The translations under genes were made by a program, and so were the position numbers. This document shows positions 39,880 to 52,218 of a DNA stretch of 64,000 bases, piece by piece. How positions within the stretch are numbered: the stretch's first letter is position 1; each line of letters begins with the position of its first letter. Below the pieces are notes generated by a model. It did no database searches and was not told where the DNA came from. It worked only from the letters and a program-made list of their open reading frames with translations. This DNA is from Octopus sinensis (taxonomy: Eukaryota), in contig NW_021834018.1 of NCBI RefSeq assembly GCF_006345805.1, positions 1 to 64,000 of the forward strand, written 5' to 3'.

Positions 39880-40610
39880 GAGCTCATTAAGATTGGTAAT
39901 AGGATATTCACATTCAACTCAAGAATTCAGCTACATGAAATTACATGCTTTCTCTTAGAGATCTTATGGATAAAGTATTTCCTAATTCATCTGTCAATTA
40001 CTCTGATATAAACTGACTATGTGAATGAGCTATACTGGACCCAACTAATGAAATAGCTGATAAACTAAATCATGAGCTTGTTCAAAAGTTAACAGACAAA
40101 TCGGAAGTGTTTTTCGATCAATTGACAATAGTTGATCAAGATCATGTTGTTCAATACCCTGTTGAATTTCTGAACACACTTAAGCCCTCTGGCATGCCAT
40201 TGCATAACTTGTCACTAAAACTGGGCGCTCCCATTATGTTGCTTAGGAATCTTGAGCCATCTCAAATATGTAATGGAATTTGTTTAATTAAAACCTCATG
40301 TCCTACTGGCAACAATCATAACAGGTAGTCACAAAGGAGAAAATGACTTTATTCCAAATATTCCTCTCATACCTACAGATGTTGCATTTGAATATAAGTG
40401 GCTTCAGCTTCCAGTCAAACTAACTTTTGGTATTTCATTTAAGAAATCTCAGGGTGCATCCCTCGAGGGAGTTGGACATGCTTCTCCCATGGTCAGTTCT
40501 ATGTTGTTTGCTCGCGACTTGGAAGCGGCAACAATCTATTCATTTCGACACCAACAAAAAATTACACAATGAATATTGTTAACCCTGAAGGGCTTCAACA
40601 TTGACAGATA
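39880..40610 (+). mobile_element. Helitron PIF1-like helicase C-terminal relic (frameshifted)
   Basis: YPVEFLNTLKPSGMPLHNLSLKLGAPIMLLRNLEPSQICNG / TIITGSHKGENDFIPNIPLIPTD..LQLPVKLTFGISFKKSQGASL / SHGQFYVVCSR. Confidence 0.85.
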
Positions 40611-40832
40611 TCCAGTTCGAAATTGCATTATCATTACAACTCGGATATTTCTTTATAAAACATAGATATTTTGAAATAATTATGAAAATATATCTATATA
40701 TTTATTGTTTACTAATCTGAATAAGAATACATACATACATATACATTATATAGATGTATATATATATATACATATATCCATATATATACATATATATATA
40801 TTTATATGTGTGTACATATATATATATTTATA

Positions 40833-40905
<73 letters not shown>

Positions 40906-40999
40906 CAAATATATATACACATACATATATATACATGTATATCAATATATATATATATATACAGACACATATATACATATTTATAACGAACGTGTGTTT

Positions 41000-41200
41000 T
41001 CTCGCACGATTGTTTTCCTTCCTTTTGAACTTGTTCCTCTGTCTTCTTTCTGATGAAGAGACATGCTCGAAACTTCACAACCCTTCTTCTGTCCATTTTA
41101 AACTGTTTCTAAGCGTCAATGCAATATATTCATTGTGTGTGTGCGTCCTTTTGACTTTCGTTGTTTTCCTGATTTGGTTTTCATTTTTATCTTGAATTTG
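41000..41200 (+). mobile_element. PLE terminal-repeat-like fragment with a decayed hammerhead motif
   Basis: tcttt CTGATGA a gag-acat-gctc GAAA cttc at 41050-41076. Confidence 0.5.
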
Positions 41201-41377
41201 CACCCCTCCTCCCAAACATACGTACGCACACAATACACATACACGCACAAGTATACATATCTGAAACTTTTCGAGGTTTTTCTGTATAGAACTACAAATC
41301 AAATACGATGTTCGGTGCCTGATTAATAATGATAAATGCTTAAACAAAAATCTATATGTATTTGTATATGATCCTAT

Positions 41378-41439
<62 letters not shown>

Positions 41440-42538
41440 CATAGATAATGTTCATATTATAATTCAAAACACTATCTGTAAAATGATTGCTTCTAATTTT
41501 AACATAAGGTCAATAATTTTGAGAGACCCGTTACCATCGCCCTCTGTAATTCGTTTTATCGAACATAGAGAGAGATGAAGGGCAAAGATGAACAAGGAGA
41601 TGATTTGAAATTGCTATGTCATGTAAGGCAACTATTACATACTGTTACACATGTACGACGATTTAACGACCGCTTTCGATTATACCACCTCAATGTCAGT
41701 AAAATTTTAAGGGTAGGCCTAAAATTTTAAGGGTAGGAATTTAATCAGTTACATCAGCCTCAATACCCACTCAAATGGAACTTATTTTATCGACCATGAA
41801 ATGATCAGGAGGCACAATCGATTTCGGGAGTATTTGAAGTCAGACTAAACCGGAAGAAATAGCTCTCCGCCATGTGTCCAGCGAGTTATCGATCCTGCGA
41901 GCTCGCTGCTTTAATGTCGGCAAAATATGATACGCTTAATAAGTAAACATCATCGTAATTTCCTTGCATTAAAAGCAATCTACAGAAGAAAGTACGACCT
42001 AGTAGCACTAATAAGACTAGTTAGGCTGAGGAGGTTAAATAAGACCAAAACAGGCACAGAATTTTACCGTATTATTTGCTCAATGCCAGATTCTCCTCAT
42101 TTTGTCTTACATGTCCATCTTTTATGCTTCCTCCGTTACATTTCGTGACGCGATGGAAAAAAATCTAATGAATTATATAATGTAATTTTAATGAGTATAT
42201 ATTTCTTGTCTCGGTACCATAGATATATTACAACTCAACTTGTAATTTGATATTACAAGAATGAAAAACAAAAAACAATTTCTAAAAAAATTTTTTTTAC
42301 CTTTTCACTTATTCTTATCTTGTTTATAGCTTCATTTGATTTTTTAAAACTTCTCTTAGTTTATTCAGTTACAGTATTTCACTCTTGTCCTGTACCTTCT
42401 TAACCTTACCCATCTAACAGCGGTGTTGACAGAAACGTTTGAGCGTTCCACGAAAAAGCCTTGTGGTATTTCTTGCCCCTCTTTTCGTTCTGAGTTCAAA
42501 TTCTAATTTTGTCTTTCATCCTTTCAAGGTAGGCAAAA

Positions 42539-42768
42539 TATATTTCTTTACTATCCACAAGGGGCTAAACATAGAGGGGACAAACAAGGACAGACAAAGG
42601 GATCAAGTCGATTACATCGACCCCAGTGCGAAATTGGTACTTTATTTATCGACCCCGAAAGGATGAAAGGCAAAGTCGACCTCGGCGGAATTTGAACTCA
42701 GAACGTAACGACAGACGAAATACCGCTAAGCACTTCGCCCGGCGCGCTAACGTTTCTGCCAGCTCGCC
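42539..42768 (-). mobile_element. SINE family B, full length
   Basis: Match to family B. Confidence 0.9.
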
Positions 42769-43294
42769 AGGCTAAATAAACAACCAACCAAATAATAGAG
42801 TCAGCACGTTATCAGCACATTTCCTAGGCAAAATTACAGGCCTTGTGCTTAAACTGGAAACAACAAATTGTCCCCTAACTAAAATACTCTAAATCCATTT
42901 CAAAGTGCTTAACTAAAGCATAAACTTATTTTTGGACAGGAAATACGGACAATACAGTCAGTATGGTTAATCATAAATATGATAAGCCAACAAGGAAACA
43001 AGTACGAGGTTAGTGGTCTTACTAGCAATAACAAATTCTCTTTTATATCACACACTACCATATTAAGCGATGAAGGACACATAACTAATGCAGTTTGAAA
43101 TATACTGTCTGAATATAAAATGGAATTCTCACAGCTGGAACGCTTTGATCATAGATTTACAGGTCAATCAAATCTAATTTGGTATGAAACAGCAGCAACA
43201 ATAACACGACGACGAAAATGACCTTACTGTTACGCATTCGCCCAACATATAAACGTGCACGATTTGTTTAAATATTAACTGATTCTATGTTCAC

Positions 43295-43480
43295 GTAAAC
43301 AGGGTTTAATGGTGTGAAAGGGTAAATGGGTGAAATAACTTCTTATATACTGTATGCTATTTGCATAGATTGTGCTATTATCGAAGTAATATACTCTGCA
43401 AACTTGGTCAAAGACTTGGACATTTGTCACATTTCTCCAGTGTTCCAAGATCCTGCACTCTGGCTGAAGGTTTGAAGCAT
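43295..43480 (-). CDS. Upstream coding exon of the uncharacterised minus-strand gene (donor position uncertain)
   Basis: Acceptor gacttgtatgttttag, phase 1, ASNLQPECRILEHWRNVTNVQVFDQVCRVYYFDNSTIYANSIQYIRSYFTHLPFHTIKPCL; phase-1 GT donors possible after 43340, 43295 or 43280, all weak. Confidence 0.6.
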
Positions 43481-43530
43481 CTAAAACATACAAGTCTAAA
43501 TCATATACGCAAAATATATATATCCACACA

Positions 43531-43583
<53 letters not shown>

Positions 43584-43814
43584 GATACTCACATATATGT
43601 GCATGTTTATATGTATATATATGCGTGTGTGTGTGTGTGCATAATAATGTATTCGTATAGATATATAAATGTATATATATATATATATATATGCATACAC
43701 ACACAAACATACAGATACAAATACATATATAAACACACACACGCGTACACATTCGCACATACACATAAGCCTATGTCTATATGTTGTCTGTCTATCTACC
43801 TCCCTCTCTGTATT

Positions 43815-43860
<46 letters not shown>

Positions 43861-44122
43861 AACATACACAAACACACACACTCACTCTCACATATATTTA
43901 GGTGTATGAATATGTTTTTGATAGTGTGTATGTGTATGTTGATATTACAAATTCATGTTTGTGTACATATAGTATGTGTGTGTATATAATGTATATTTAT
44001 ATCGAATTTATAATATATATCATGTACATACTACATCTTTATGCATTGTATTCACACATAAATACATACATATATAAATACATGGATATATATATATATA
44101 CATACATTCACATATACATACA

Positions 44123-44156
<34 letters not shown>

Positions 44157-44494
44157 CATATATACATACATATACACACTCACAGATACATACGTTTGTA
44201 TATATTTATGTGTGTATACGTATACATAAATGCATCTACATTGTTTGTGTATGAGTTTGTGTGCATGCGTAAATACGTATATGTATCTTCTTGTGAATCT
44301 CTCTACGTGTGCGTGAGAGATTTCATCTTATTTCTTTTTCTTCCTTTGTTGGTTCGCCATTAAATTTGCTTTGTTTATTTTATAAAGTCGTTCTTCTTGT
44401 TGCTAATGCTATTGATATTGTTTAAATCTTGTCGATTTATTTTGTTTTGTTTTGTTTTTTTCGTTTGTTTTCTTTTACGCTTTCATTTTGTCAG

Positions 44495-44600
44495 ACGAGT
44501 TGTAGCTGACGTTTGGAGTCAGATTGACGTTTGGTCGTATTTGGGCGCGACGACGGAGAAAAAGAGCTGTTTTATACTTTTTGTGGTCGCCATTTTTTTC
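44495..44600 (-). promoter_or_regulatory. Possible promoter-proximal element of the minus-strand gene
   Basis: CpG-rich patch in AT-rich DNA; two TGACGTTTGG direct repeats (44507, 44525; CRE/ATF-like) and a YY1-like AAAATGGCG motif on the minus strand (ATG at 44591-44593). Confidence 0.3.
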
Positions 44601-44969
44601 TCACAATTTTCTTTCTATTTCATGCCCTTTTATGCAAATATATTCATTAATGAAGCAAAACAGAAATGACAACAAAAAGAATAACAACAACAACAACAAC
44701 AATCGTTTCTATGATAGGTAAAAGACACCAAATTTCTTTTGCTTGGGATGTAAAAGTAGATTACACCCATTCAAGTTGTCATCTGCTATTTATTTTATCT
44801 ACAGCGAATGGATAAAAGAAGTTTAGCTCAGCAGAATATAAAATTCAGAGCATATAGCCGGAAGAAATGCCACTGAGCATTTTCTCCGGCAATCCTAATA
44901 TTCTGCTAGGTCGTCATCTTAATAATAATATTAGCGACAAGTACTACTACTACTACTACCACCACCACC

Positions 44970-45042
<73 letters not shown>

Positions 45043-45242
45043 ATCGTTTCCACTAAAGTCAGAAGGTTTGAAATTTCGGTGAGTGGTCCACTCGACAATA
45101 AAAAGAATCCAGTGTTTCACTAGTATTTAATTTATCGACCTCGAAAGGTTGAACCGTAAAGTCGAACTCGGCGGAATTTAAACCCAGGGCGTAAAGACAT
45201 AGAGTACAAGTGTGTAAGTCGGAATTATATATATATATATAA

Positions 45243-45740
45243 AACATGGAAAAATGCGAGCATGAAATGCAATATTCTTAAGATTATAAACCTGGGAAAG
45301 TACAGGACAAGTTATTACACTTGTAAAAGTATAAGACAAAATAAAAAAAAAAGATACTTTTTTCTTAAAATATTGCAGCAAAGAATGCCAGTTCTAATTT
45401 ATCACTCTTTTCAGTTCTCATCTTTTAAATTTATTGTACAAAACTGTTCAGCTGATTGGTAAGTTTGTCTAATTAGTGACTTTTTTCTGTATTTAAGGTA
45501 GTAAATTAGCTAAATTGTACTTAAATAAGTATAGTGTTATTTGTAAACTATAATAAAATAAGTTTTAATATTCAAATTTTAATTTAAGCAGCAACATTTT
45601 AAGTAAATGTTTCTTTTTCTTTACTTTACTAGAAGTTATAGCTTGTCCTATACTTTTCCAGGTGTAATAACTTGTCCTGTAGTTTTCCAGGTTTATAATA
45701 TTAACAATATTACTTTACATACTCGCATTTTTTCCATGTG
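45243..45740. mobile_element. Foldback/MITE-like element with terminal inverted repeats of about 95 bp
   Basis: acatggaaaaatgcgag...aaacctgggaaagtacaggacaagttattacac...gacaa (45243-45340) vs its reverse complement at 45643-45740. Confidence 0.75.
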
Positions 45741-46907
45741 GTCCATGATTTTTCCAGGCATTGAAGTTATAAGATAATTAGCAATGTGTCAATTAATAAT
45801 TTAAGATTTTACCTAATCAAACACTAAAAGATAATATTTCAATTTTTCTATGTAAGTGATGATAATATTTCAATTTTTTTCATATTTAATTTAAATATAT
45901 GCTGTTATTAAATTATTTGATATCACCCACCCACTCCATATTAATGGCAAGGAATTTTACCATGTTGTTGTTTGCACCATGGCTCACCAAAAGTTGCAAA
46001 CAACAAGAGCCAAAGCCCGAAACCACCACTTACCAGGCTCACCTTCAGTAACTTAATTTTGCAACATTAGGAGGTCACAGGAATTCATTCAACGCAAAAA
46101 AAATTTCCAATGATTCGGGGATTGGGGGGGGGGCAGCTCCCTCATTTTTTCCAAACTAAAATAAGGGATTTGCAGTATATGAGGAGGTCAGGGGCCACAC
46201 GATCATTGTATGTAATGCCCTAGATTATCCCTGAATTTGTCCATTGTCACTCTGTAACTTCTGACGAAATAACTTCTAAAATACAAAATTTTGTCAAAAA
46301 CGTTATGAGTTTAACCCTGTTCTATGTGACACATTCTACTAGTATCGAAATTATGAAAGCGTTTAGTTAAAAAAAAAAAATAACTAATTTATACGTTAAA
46401 GTTTTACCTCGGCGAAATTTGAACTCAAAACTTAAAGGAAGAGGGAATATCGTTAAGTACCAGTTTCGCACTGGGGTCGATGTAATCGACTTAATCCCTT
46501 TGTCTGTCCTTGTTTGTCCTCTCTATGTTTAGCCCCTTGTGGGCAATAAAGAAATATATATGATTAAAAGTAGGACAATGAGAATAATTGCTCAGCACCA
46601 CATTGGAGGATAGAAATTCTTTATTTGTATATTAAGGTTACCATTGGTTTCATGTTAAGAAAATGCATTAATATCTTATTGTGCATGTGCGTCTGTGCGC
46701 GCGCGCGCGTCTGTATGTATGTTTCTGTGTGTGTATGTGCGTGAGTATGTTTATGTATGTCATGTAAGTTTACATGTGGATGTATATATTTAGGCTTGAC
46801 TGTACGTATACTTGTATGTACCATTTTACATCTAACTGCACAAGAACTCGTGTGCGTATATATATATATATAGTCGAAATTTACAGAGCAACAAACGACG
46901 AAGACAC

Positions 46908-46993
<86 letters not shown>

Positions 46994-47013
46994 TATATAT
47001 ATACATATGTATA

Positions 47014-49640
47014 TATCATTCGCCATGATAGATCGCTAGCCGCTACACATTCTATACTTCCTCTCCTTGTTTCTTTCGGTGTTCCTTCCTGTGGAAGAGC
47101 GTAGGCTCGAAACGTTAAAGACTGTTTCACCTCCCGAGCGTTATACATCTGTTTGTTGTCTACACCACCTGTCTTCGACTTTTGTTTATTTGCGAATTCT
47201 TCCTATACACACACACATATATATATATATATACACACACATATATATATATATGTGTGTTTGTGCGTTTGTATTCCGGAATATGAGTGTATGCACTCGT
47301 GTCTTTGTGCGTGCGTGTATTTGTGGTCATGCACTCAGAGATATTGTACATGCGTATGTGTGTATATATATACATTTATACATATATAACCATCTAAAAT
47401 GTATATCTGTATGTATGTATATATATGTGTGTATGCATGTATATATATATGTATATGTATGTGTTTGTATGCATGTATGTCTGTATGAATACACTGTCCT
47501 ATGTTCGAACTAGTTTACTGTTACCTTGTATATAACACGTATGTATGTAGAAAGGAGAAAAACAAATATATAAAATGGCACCCCGTTCCCCCCTTATCTT
47601 CCAATAAACAAATTTATTAAACTGAGCCTCTATTGTTGTCCTTCTTGTTTCTGTTGTTGCTATTGTTGTTGCTGTATATTTTATTTTTCTCTTTATCCAT
47701 TTATTTATTTATTTGTTTTATTTTATTTATTTATCTTTTTTTTCCTATGAATGTTTCTTCTGTTTAAAGATATAAAGTAGTGAAACAAGAACAAGAACAA
47801 GATGAACAACAACGATAATAGCAGGATCAGCAACATATAAAGAGGCATAAAGGAAGAAAGAAAACAAGATTTTTAAAATTTGAATAAAGGAAGAAAAGAA
47901 CGATTATCTTGAATATACGATGAAAATGATAGTTAAATAGCTGAATAAGAAAGAAGATGTAGAGAAAGAAAAAGAAGGAAAAAAATAGATGTGATTGTTT
48001 GAGTTGTTTTAATGCATTCTTTCCCATTATCTATGTGTTTTGTTGCTTTTTGTCTTTTTTGTATAAGAACTGTTGCTAATCAGACATGACGGCTACCCCG
48101 TGTGTATTTTGTACACTCTGAAATTCCATATACTGTAAAACATAAAACAGAATTAACAAAAAATACTGTCGTCTTTGTCTATTGTAAAGGCAGGGTTATG
48201 ACGTCCTGTTCAGAAATAAAGACGATAAGTAGTGCAATTACTTGAAATGAATAATGAAACAAAACAGACAAACCCTGAACATATATATAAATATATATAT
48301 ATATATATTATATATATACATATATATATATATAATATATATATATACATATGTATATATCATTCGCCATGATAGATCGCTAGCCGCTACACATTCTATA
48401 CTTCCTCTCCTTGTTTCTTTCGGTGTTCCTTCCTGTGGAAGAGCGTAGGCTCGAAACGTTAAAGACTGTTTCACCTCCCGAGCGTTATACATCTGTTTGT
48501 TGTCTACACCACCTGTTTTTGACTTTTGTTTATTTGCGAATTCTTCCTATACACACACACACATATATATATACATATACACACACATATATATATATAT
48601 GTGTGTTTGTGCGTTTGTATTCCGGAATATGAGTGTATGCACTCGTGTCTTTGTGCGTGTATTTGTGGTCATGCACTCAGAGATATTGTACATGCGTATG
48701 TGTGTATATATATACATTTATACATATATAACCATCTAAAATGTATATCTGTATGTATGTATATATATGTGTGTATGCATGTATATATATATGTATATGT
48801 ATGTGTTTGTATGCATGTATGTCTGTATGAATACACTGTCCTATGTTCGAACTAGTTTACTGTTACCTTGTATATAACACGTATGTATGTAGAAAGGAAA
48901 AAACAAATATATAAAATGGCACCCCGTTCCCCCCTTATCTTCCAATAAACAAATTTATTAAACTGAGCCTCTATTGTTGTCCTTCTTGTTTCTGTTGTTG
49001 CTATTGTTGTTGCTGTATATTTTATTTTTCTCTTTATCCATTTATTTATTTATTTGTTTTATTTTATTTATTTATCTTTTTTTTCCTATGAATGTTTCTT
49101 CTGTTTAAAGATATAAAGTAGTGAAACAAGAACAAGAACAAGATGAACAACAACGATAATAGCAGGATCAGCAACATATAAAGAGGCATAAAGGAAGAAA
49201 GAAAACAAGATTTTTAAAATTTGAATAAAGGAAGAAAAGAACGATTATCTTGAATATACGATGAAAATGATAGTTAAATAGCTGAATAAGAAAGAAGATG
49301 TAGAGAAAGAAAAAGAAGGAAAAAAATAGATGTGATTGTTTGAGTTGTTTTAATGCATTCTTTCCCATTATCTATGTGTTTTGTTGCTTTTTGTCTTTTT
49401 TGTATAAGAACTGTTGCTAATCAGACATGACGGCTACCCCGTGTGTATTTTGTACACTCTGAAATTCCATATACTGTAAAACATAAAACAGAATTAACAA
49501 AAAATACTGTCGTCTTTGTCTATTGTAAAGGCAGGGTTATGACGTCCTGTTCAGAAATAAAGACGATAAGTAGTGCAATTACTTGAAATGAATAATGAAA
49601 CAAAACAGACAAACCCTGAACATATATAAATATATATATA
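47014..49640 (+). repeat. Direct tandem duplication of a unit of about 1.34 kb
   Basis: Units start at about 47014 and 48358; offsets of 1344 and 1341 between matching ORFs; few differences; junction in (TA)n. Confidence 0.95.
47050..47200 (+). mobile_element. PLE terminal-repeat-like fragment with a variant hammerhead (duplicated at about 48395-48545)
   Basis: CTGTGGA a gagc-gtag-gctc GAAA cgtt aaag at 47089-47120 and 48433-48464. Confidence 0.55.
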
Positions 49641-50044
49641 TATATAACACGTTTTTTCTGTTTGTGTTGAAATTCTGGTTTATGGAAATTATAGCATATA
49701 TTTTAAAAAGAATTCTGGGTTGATTATAAAGTCTACTTTATTCGTATACTTATAAAGTTTATCTTTAGGTAAATCACTACAGGGTCTCTATTGATAAAAC
49801 TTGAATTGTCGTTGGATTTCTACGCGCGTTATATAGATTGCAAATATTGTCACAATATTGACCAGGTTTTGACCTGTTAATCGTTTTAGCCATGAAAGCT
49901 ATCTTAAACTATATTTTCCATTCATTTCCTGCGTTGTTCGTCCAAAAGTTAATTCTAGTGTCATATATGAGCAAGCCTTATTAACTTATATAGTTTACCA
50001 TCAACTGGACCACTCTTCAGGATAAAACGCTTATGTAATTATAA

Positions 50045-50278
50045 CTATTTCTTTATTACCCACAAGGGGCTAAACACAGAGGTGACAAACAAGGACAGAC
50101 ATAGGTATTAAGTCGATTACATCGACCCCAGTGCGTAACTGGTACTTAACTTATCGACCCCGAAAGGATGAAAGGCAAAGTCGACATCGGCGGAATTTGA
50201 ACTCAGAACGTAACGCAGACGAAATACCGTTAAACATCTCGCCCGCCGTGCTAACGTTTCTGCCAGCTCGCCGCCTTA
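50045..50278 (-). mobile_element. SINE family B, full length
   Basis: Match to family B. Confidence 0.9.
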
Positions 50279-50292
50279 TGTAATTATAATGT

Positions 50293-50578
50293 GAAGTCGA
50301 TTGACCTAGTGGTTAGTGAGTTGCACTCACGATGTAGTGATCTTGGGTTCAAATTCGGGACAGAGTGGCACGTTGAGCCCTTGAGCAAAACAAGTCTTTT
50401 AACGCTGATTCAGTCCAGACAGCCGTAAATGGGCAATCCTGCGACGGGCTAGCCTTTCGTTCATGGAAATCACTCGATGCTAAAACGAAGTAAAGCGCAT
50501 TGTGACCATCGATGTATAACACCATGCGTTAGTCTGGTCGATCACGCAATTACATGATATCTAATGCAGTGCTTCTCA
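50293..50578 (+). mobile_element. CORE-like-body tRNA-SINE with tail T3, degenerate
   Basis: tRNA-like head, gagcccttgagcaaaac...cagtccagacagccgtaaatggg body, gcattgtgaccatcgatg...gtctggtcgatcacg tail. Confidence 0.6.
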
Positions 50579-50712
50579 AAATTTCGGAATGGCATTTCAT
50601 TAATATCCCCTCTCAACACGCACGTGCGCGCGCACACACACACACAAACACACACACACAAAAGAAGAAGAAAACCAGGTTATACAGTCCTATATTTAAG
50701 AGATGGGGAATT

Positions 50713-50934
50713 ATGTACATTATTTACATTGTTTACATTTGACGGATATTTGTCCTCATCTTGTTTGTTGTTAACACAATGTTTCGGCTGATATTCTCTC
50801 CAGCCTTCATCAGGTGTCTTGGGGGAAATTAGTAGACTGCGCTCTTAACCACTACACCATATGCCCGTGGCGTAGTAGTTAAGAGCGTGGAGGTACTAAC
50901 CCCAAGATTCCGAGTTCGAATCCAGGCAGTGACT

Positions 50935-50979
<45 letters not shown>

Positions 50980-51137
50980 TAATAATAATAATAATTATAA
51001 CATCGAAAAATATCCTAGGAATGAGAACCCAGGTACGAAATTTCCTCAAGACACCTGATGAAGGCTGGAAGGTATATCAGCCGTAACATTGTGTTAACAA
51101 CAAACAAGATGGGGGAAAATATCCGTCAAATGTAAAT
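50713..51137. mobile_element. Composite element: inverted hammerhead-bearing repeat + tRNA-derived head + (AAT)n + hammerhead-bearing repeat
   Basis: Inverted arms of about 100 bp (50732-50830 and 51038-51137), each with gacac CTGATGA a ggctg...cagcc G(A/T)AA catt gtgtt; A box tggcgtagtag at 50868 and B box gttcgaatcc at about 50914. Confidence 0.75.
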
Positions 51138-51274
51138 AAAAAACAAGGTTATATTGCTAAAAAATATGCTAATTATGAGCAGTGGTTTATTTTCATTGTT
51201 TTTTTTTATTATGTCTCCAGCAGGTACCCCAATGTTAGACTTTTGTCTTTTGGTCTTTATAATTTAAGATTTAT

Positions 51275-51608
51275 GGAAGCACTCCGTCGGTTACGACGAC
51301 GAGGGTTCCGGTTGATCCGAATCAACGGAACAGCCTGCTCGTGAAATTAACGTGTAAGTGGCTGAGCACTCCACAGACACGTGTAGCCTAAACTTAGTTC
51401 TCGGGGATATTCAGCGTGACACAGAGAGTGACAAGGCCGGCCCTTTGAAATACAGGTACAACAGAAACAGGAAGTAAGAGTGAGAGAAAGTTGTGGTGAA
51501 AGAGTACAGCAGGGATCACCACCATACCCTGCCGGAGCCTCGTGGAGCTTTAGGTGTTTTCGCTCAATAAACACTCACAACGCCCGGTCTGGGAATCGAA
51601 ACCGCGAT
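51275..51608 (-). mobile_element. SINE family C with tail T1, 5'-truncated
   Basis: Reverse-complement match to 14126-14510. Confidence 0.9.
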
Positions 51609-52139
51609 TAAGATTTATAACGAATCTATGTTAGACATCGGCGCCTCATCAATAATTCTTCTACTTTTTTTGATAAGATAATGGATCGACTTACATCGTA
51701 AAACAGACAAAGAATTTTCTATTATTATCCTTGTACTTGTCTGAGTACTAGGGCACTTAACGGGTTAAGTCGAACAAATCGACCCAGATAGTACTTGTTT
51801 TTAAATTCGATATCTATTCTATCAGCCGCATTTGGCGAACTGCTAAGGTCGTAAACAATCAAGCACAGGTTGTCAAGCGGAACTAAACTCAGGTTGTCAC
51901 GTAAAACTAAAAATACAGAAGCAAAGTAAGCAACTGGAGTGGGTTGAAATCAAAACGAAAAAAAAATGCCGAATCAAATGCTGCAGAGCTTCTAGTCCGT
52001 AACTTTTAAAGTTCAATGTAATCTACTATCATGGATTGGTAGTTTTTTATCGATCAGGAAAGGATGAAACACAAAACTGACTTGGACTAAGTAACTCCTT
52101 AGAAATAACGCAAGACATTGTATGCGATACTTGAATGAC

Positions 52140-52174
52140 TTAGCAAATTTGCATCCACCACCACCACCACCACC

Positions 52175-52218
<44 letters not shown>

